Of a stretch of DNA of 64,000 nucleotides, positions 60,256-64,000 are shown piece by piece. This stretch comes from Bacteroidota bacterium (lineage in GTDB: Bacteria > Bacteroidota > Bacteroidia > 2-12-FULL-35-15): the NCBI GenBank assembly GCA_040387415.1, contig JAZKDU010000004.1, positions 185,231-249,230 on the forward strand, written 5' to 3'. Position numbers and translations under genes: made by a program. The notes beneath the pieces were generated by a model. It searched no databases. It saw only the letters and a list, made by a program, of their open reading frames with translations, and had not been told where the DNA came from. Position 1 is the first letter of the stretch. The number at the start of each line of letters is the position of its first letter.

Positions 60256-62967
60256 TTAAAAGGTTGCTACTAATGATACCTGCCATCTACGGCCCATTCC
60301 AACATTAACACTTGCAGCAGCAGCATTAAAATCATTGTTAAACTGGTTGTTTTGTGCATCAGAAATATAAAATGTATTCAGAACATTGATCAGAGAAGCT
60401 CTGATATCTAATTTTATTTTCCACACATTTAAGCCATAACCGGCATTTAAATCCAGAAGAAAATAATCAGGCATTCTCCAGGACTGACGGCCGATATTTG
60501 GACCGTAACCAGTTGAATTATTGGTAACAACTAAAGCATCGGGACTAAAATTGGAATAATTTTTACCGAAAAAGTTAAATTGAGGCTTTATGTATAGCCT
60601 TTTGATTGGCTCATATCTAAGACTGGCCGCATATGTGTTTTGAGCAGCATCACCCACCTTAACACCACGGGGATCAAATTGTTGTATGCCTAATACATTC
60701 CCGTCAACATCAATTATTGTAGCGGTAGCAGATGAAACCCATTCCCAATCAGCAATGTTTGCCATTGCTTCCACACTTAGTTTAGAAGAAATTTTATACA
60801 CTCCATCAAATTCTATCCCTGTATGACGAGCTTTCATTCCTGTTGCAGTGGTACTTGCTGGTTCTCCGTTTATAGTAAAATTTGCAGCTGTAGGGCGGTT
60901 ATTCCATATCGTATAATAGCCATTTATATTCGCAGTAAAATTGGGGCTGGAGTAACTATAACCTAACTCGGCCGAGTTAATAACTTCGTTATTCACATTG
61001 TCGAATTCTTTATTATCAAATCTGTAAACAAATGTTATAAATGGTGCCCGGTTTAAATGGCCTACATTTACAAATACGTTCATTTGCTCATTTAAATTGT
61101 AATTAGCACCTGCTTTAAGGGTGTAGCCAACCAATCGTTTCCAGTCAGTTTGATTTACTTTTAATCCGGCAGAGTTTCTGTCATACGTTTGGCCCTGATA
61201 GGTAATCACATCATTATAACCGATCAATAAAGTAGTATCATTCACCTCAAGCTGTTTTTTTAGGAAATAATTTTGTTGTTTATACCAGCTAACCGCAGAA
61301 CTAAGGTTTACAAAGCCCGACCACTTTTCTTTTTTATATTCTGCCATTGCAAACGCACCAGCCCATCTAACAAAACGCTCAATGTTCTGAACGTATTTGT
61401 CGCCTACTACTTTATTGGAAGCAAGGCTATTCTGGTCCGCATTTCCAGCATTTTTAGTTACATCCCCACCTAATAAATCGCCTATGGTGCTATATACAAA
61501 GCCTTTGTACAATCTACCATCCAAACCACCGGAGATGTTAATACTCGGGTTTAATTTGTAGTTTAAGGTAGCTAAAGCGCCATACCAGTTATGGTCATTA
61601 TGATTTTTTCTAACCCAGCTTGTTGAAAAATTTTCTCCCGAGGGCAACACCTGAGTTGGAGAGGTATTATTGTCATAAATAGTTTGAATATTCTGCTGTC
61701 CTGTATTTGGATTAATGTTATTTCCTGCACTGCCTCCATCTAACTGCGTGCCGTAGCCTCTTCCATAGGAAGCATAGGCAAGTGTTGAAATATTAAATTT
61801 TTCATTTACGGCAATAAAATCCTTAATTGAAAAAACCGGCTTATGGAAATGATTAATACTTGTATTAAAAATTTTAGCTGATGTTTCACCTTCTTTTGTA
61901 CGTGTTAAAAAATTCCAGCTTGGATTGTATCTCCAGCCGTATTCTTTTTTATTAACTGTATCTATCCCTAAATCGTAGGCATATTCTTTGTTATATGCGG
62001 CTACGCCATAGTTAACCCTGAAATCGCGTTGTGCTGAGGTTTGAGGAGCCCCTAATATCTGAAAGCCCAATAAATGGGCACCAATTTTCTTTTCTACTTT
62101 ACCATAATAGAACCACATACGGCTCGACATATTATCAAACCATCCATCATTACGTTTATACGAACCGGCAAAGTTAAATGCCCAACCATTCGCTAATCTA
62201 CCGGAAGAATAGCTTAAGCCCAGGCGGTAATTTCTGTTATTCCCATATTCATTTTTTACAACAATAGCCTTTTTGGAATCAATACCGGCCGTTAAAATAT
62301 TCATAGTTCCGCCAATAGCAGGAATTGCTAACTTGGAAGCACCTAAACCCCGCTGGATCTGAACTCCACGCGTTAAATTATCTAAACCAAACCAATTGCT
62401 CCAAAAAACTCGTCCGTTTACCATATCATTCATTGGAATACCATCCAATAATACCAACACGTTTTGTGAATTAAAACCCCTGATACTTATACGGGCATCT
62501 CCATCGCCACCGCCCTGGCTGGTAGCATAAACCCCAGGCGTTGAATTTAAAATCAATGGTAAATCTTTAGAACCCAGTTCCTCCTGGATTTTTTTTGCAT
62601 CTACGTTTGAAAAAGCTACGGGTGTTTCCCTTGAGATGGCTATGTCTGAAACAACCTCCACTTCACTTAAGGTATTGGTTGCAAGTGAAAAGTCTACAAC
62701 AAGGGTTTTACCTTTTGCTACTATTTTTTTTTCTATTGCTAAATACCCAATATACGATGCTCTAAGATTATAGGTACCGCTATCTAAAACAATTTCATAA
62801 GCGCCATCTATATCTGTAACAGCAGCTTTTCCTTCACCATAAGTGACTATGGCGCCTACTATAGATTCATTAGATACGGCATCTTTAACGATACCCTGTA
62901 CCTTTGTTTTTTGCGAATAACCGTTAAAAACAACACATAAAAGTAAAAAGGAGAATAGGCTGCGCAT
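60256..62967 (-). CDS. TonB-dependent outer-membrane receptor with an N-terminal carboxypeptidase-regulatory-like domain
   Basis: Signal peptide. KVQGIVKDAVSNESIVGAIVTYGEGKAAVTDIDGAYEI (CarbopepD_reg-like). Plug-region motifs (...TRGVQIQRG...). A 22-strand-type beta-rich body and a terminal aromatic (...LVATF). Confidence 0.8.
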   Translation of the reverse strand: MRSLFSFLLLCVVFNGYSQKTKVQGIVKDAVSNESIVGAIVTYGEGKAAVTDIDGAYEIVLDSGTYNLRASYIGYLAIEKKIVAKGKTLVVDFSLATNTLSEVEVVSDIAISRETPVAFSNVDAKKIQEELGSKDLPLILNSTPGVYATSQGGGDGDARISIRGFNSQNVLVLLDGIPMNDMVNGRVFWSNWFGLDNLTRGVQIQRGLGASKLAIPAIGGTMNILTAGIDSKKAIVVKNEYGNNRNYRLGLSYSSGRLANGWAFNFAGSYKRNDGWFDNMSSRMWFYYGKVEKKIGAHLLGFQILGAPQTSAQRDFRVNYGVAAYNKEYAYDLGIDTVNKKEYGWRYNPSWNFLTRTKEGETSAKIFNTSINHFHKPVFSIKDFIAVNEKFNISTLAYASYGRGYGTQLDGGSAGNNINPNTGQQNIQTIYDNNTSPTQVLPSGENFSTSWVRKNHNDHNWYGALATLNYKLNPSINISGGLDGRLYKGFVYSTIGDLLGGDVTKNAGNADQNSLASNKVVGDKYVQNIERFVRWAGAFAMAEYKKEKWSGFVNLSSAVSWYKQQNYFLKKQLEVNDTTLLIGYNDVITYQGQTYDRNSAGLKVNQTDWKRLVGYTLKAGANYNLNEQMNVFVNVGHLNRAPFITFVYRFDNKEFDNVNNEVINSAELGYSYSSPNFTANINGYYTIWNNRPTAANFTINGEPASTTATGMKARHTGIEFDGVYKISSKLSVEAMANIADWEWVSSATATIIDVDGNVLGIQQFDPRGVKVGDAAQNTYAASLRYEPIKRLYIKPQFNFFGKNYSNFSPDALVVTNNSTGYGPNIGRQSWRMPDYFLLDLNAGYGLNVWKIKLDIRASLINVLNTFYISDAQNNQFNNDFNAAAASVNVGMGRRWQVSLVATF

Positions 62968-62970
62968 AGA

Positions 62971-63041
62971 ATTTTTTATATAAAAAGAGGCTGTTTCAGG
63001 ACTTTTCTTGTAATTAGAAAAGCCCTGAAACAGCCTCTTTT
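62971..63041 (-). terminator. long perfect hairpin terminator after the lamin-tail-domain cargo gene
   Basis: aaagaggctgtttcagg / cctgaaacagcctcttt is a 17-bp perfect stem with a 24-nt loop. It is followed on the minus strand by ttttatataaaaaa. Confidence 0.6.
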
Positions 63042-63051
63042 AGTTTATAGT

Positions 63052-64000
63052 TTACTCAACAATAAGTTTATTGGTTGATTTGTTGCCTTTTTCGTCAAAA
63101 ACAGCAATAGTATACATCCCCTTAGCTAAATCAGCGATGTTTATTAAAGTACCTGATAAATTGTTTTTAGAAACAATAGATTTCATTTCCTGACCAACAA
63201 CATTGTAAATAAATATTTTTGCAATTGATGCACGTGAGTCTAATTTAATAGACCCTGTAGCAGGATTAGGGTAAACAGAAACTTCAAAAGAGTTGCTCAT
63301 TTCTTTAATTCCTAATGCGTTGCAATCGCAAGCATGTGCACCTAAACCAGTATAGGTATTTACTGGTAAAGAATCCCACTGAACAGAAGCGTTGAACGAC
63401 TGGAATGCAGGGTTTGTAGTTACACCGCTTGTAATAGTTGATTTACGTTTTAATGTTTTATCCTGTGACCAATATTGAAGATAGTATGGACCGTCTACAG
63501 TTGAATTGTAGCTAGTCGGCATACTTTCAAATGGAGATAAGATAGTCCAACCGGCTGTAGGAGAAAAAGTACCACTTGAGTTGGATGGTCTTTCACCGAT
63601 ACAAGCAAAAATGTCCACTTTAGTCCAGGTACCACCAACATTTTTTTCTAATGATAATGCATCATCACCGTTAAAGCACATTACACGGCTGTTTCCACTA
63701 CCACAGCCCGGGCATAACAATGTGTCTGCTGCCGCTTGTAAAGCAGCATCAATAGGTAACGTTTGTCCGGTACCGTTCGGATCAGTTAAGTTTAAAGCAA
63801 TTACATACGTTTGGTGTGATGCTAATGTAATGTTTGTTGGTAAAGCCATTTCGCCTTCAACTGGTGTAAAAGTAGTGTTACCATTATCATGTCTTAAAAC
63901 ACGGTAGTTAGCAAGACTAACAGGTGAAGATGAAGCATTGTAGATCTCTATCGCTTTGTTATTGTTTGTTCCTTCAACATATTCCGAAATAAAAAGATCA
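63052..64000 (-). CDS. T9SS type-A CTD cargo protein with a lamin-tail domain (LTD). It is 5'-partial, since the frame stays open to the window edge.
   Basis: The frame upstream of the M at 63849 remains open to 64000 and translates to ...DLFISEYVEGTNNNKAIEIYNAS...VSLANYRV..., the LTD signature. The C-terminus VSVYPNPATGSIKLD...GMYTIAVFDEKGNKSTNKLIVE is a type-A CTD. Confidence 0.6.
   Translation of the reverse strand, partial: DLFISEYVEGTNNNKAIEIYNASSSPVSLANYRVLRHDNGNTTFTPVEGEMALPTNITLASHQTYVIALNLTDPNGTGQTLPIDAALQAAADTLLCPGCGSGNSRVMCFNGDDALSLEKNVGGTWTKVDIFACIGERPSNSSGTFSPTAGWTILSPFESMPTSYNSTVDGPYYLQYWSQDKTLKRKSTITSGVTTNPAFQSFNASVQWDSLPVNTYTGLGAHACDCNALGIKEMSNSFEVSVYPNPATGSIKLDSRASIAKIFIYNVVGQEMKSIVSKNNLSGTLINIADLAKGMYTIAVFDEKGNKSTNKLIVE

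Overview
This is an AT-rich Bacteroidota-type chromosomal segment, consistent with Chitinophagaceae- or Sphingobacteriia-like genomes. Supporting signs are TAnnTTTG-type promoter motifs, PorP/SprF genes and many type IX secretion system (T9SS) C-terminal sorting domains. The window is dominated by a T9SS cargo island. It holds two adjacent paralogous giant adhesin-like genes of 3211 and about 2670 aa, both with type-B (gliding-motility) C-terminal domains (CTDs), and a third small type-B CTD gene sitting immediately upstream of two tandem PorP/SprF paralogs. It also holds at least five type-A CTD cargo proteins: a 2160-aa beta-helix protein, a proprotein-convertase P-domain protein, an S8 subtilase, a 3x255-aa GEVED-repeat protein and a partial lamin-tail-domain protein. 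Housekeeping genes are interspersed: yicC, a LutB-like Fe-S protein, ybeY, upp, wecB with a small glycan/nucleotide operon, proS, tRNA-Glu(TTC), rpsT and radC. Other genes include a transglutaminase-like secreted protein, an AddA/RecB-type helicase-nuclease, a TonB-dependent receptor, and an operon encoding an extremely Tyr/Gly/Asn-rich lipoprotein with a FadL-like outer-membrane channel. The non-genic signal I consider most notable is an 81-bp GC-rich, internally palindromic element. It occurs twice in inverted orientation about 24 kb apart, at 35137-35217 and 59305-59385, both in intergenic DNA next to T9SS cargo genes. No CRISPR array, integrase, transposase or rRNA was seen. Many antisense shadow ORFs inside the repetitive giant genes were discarded.
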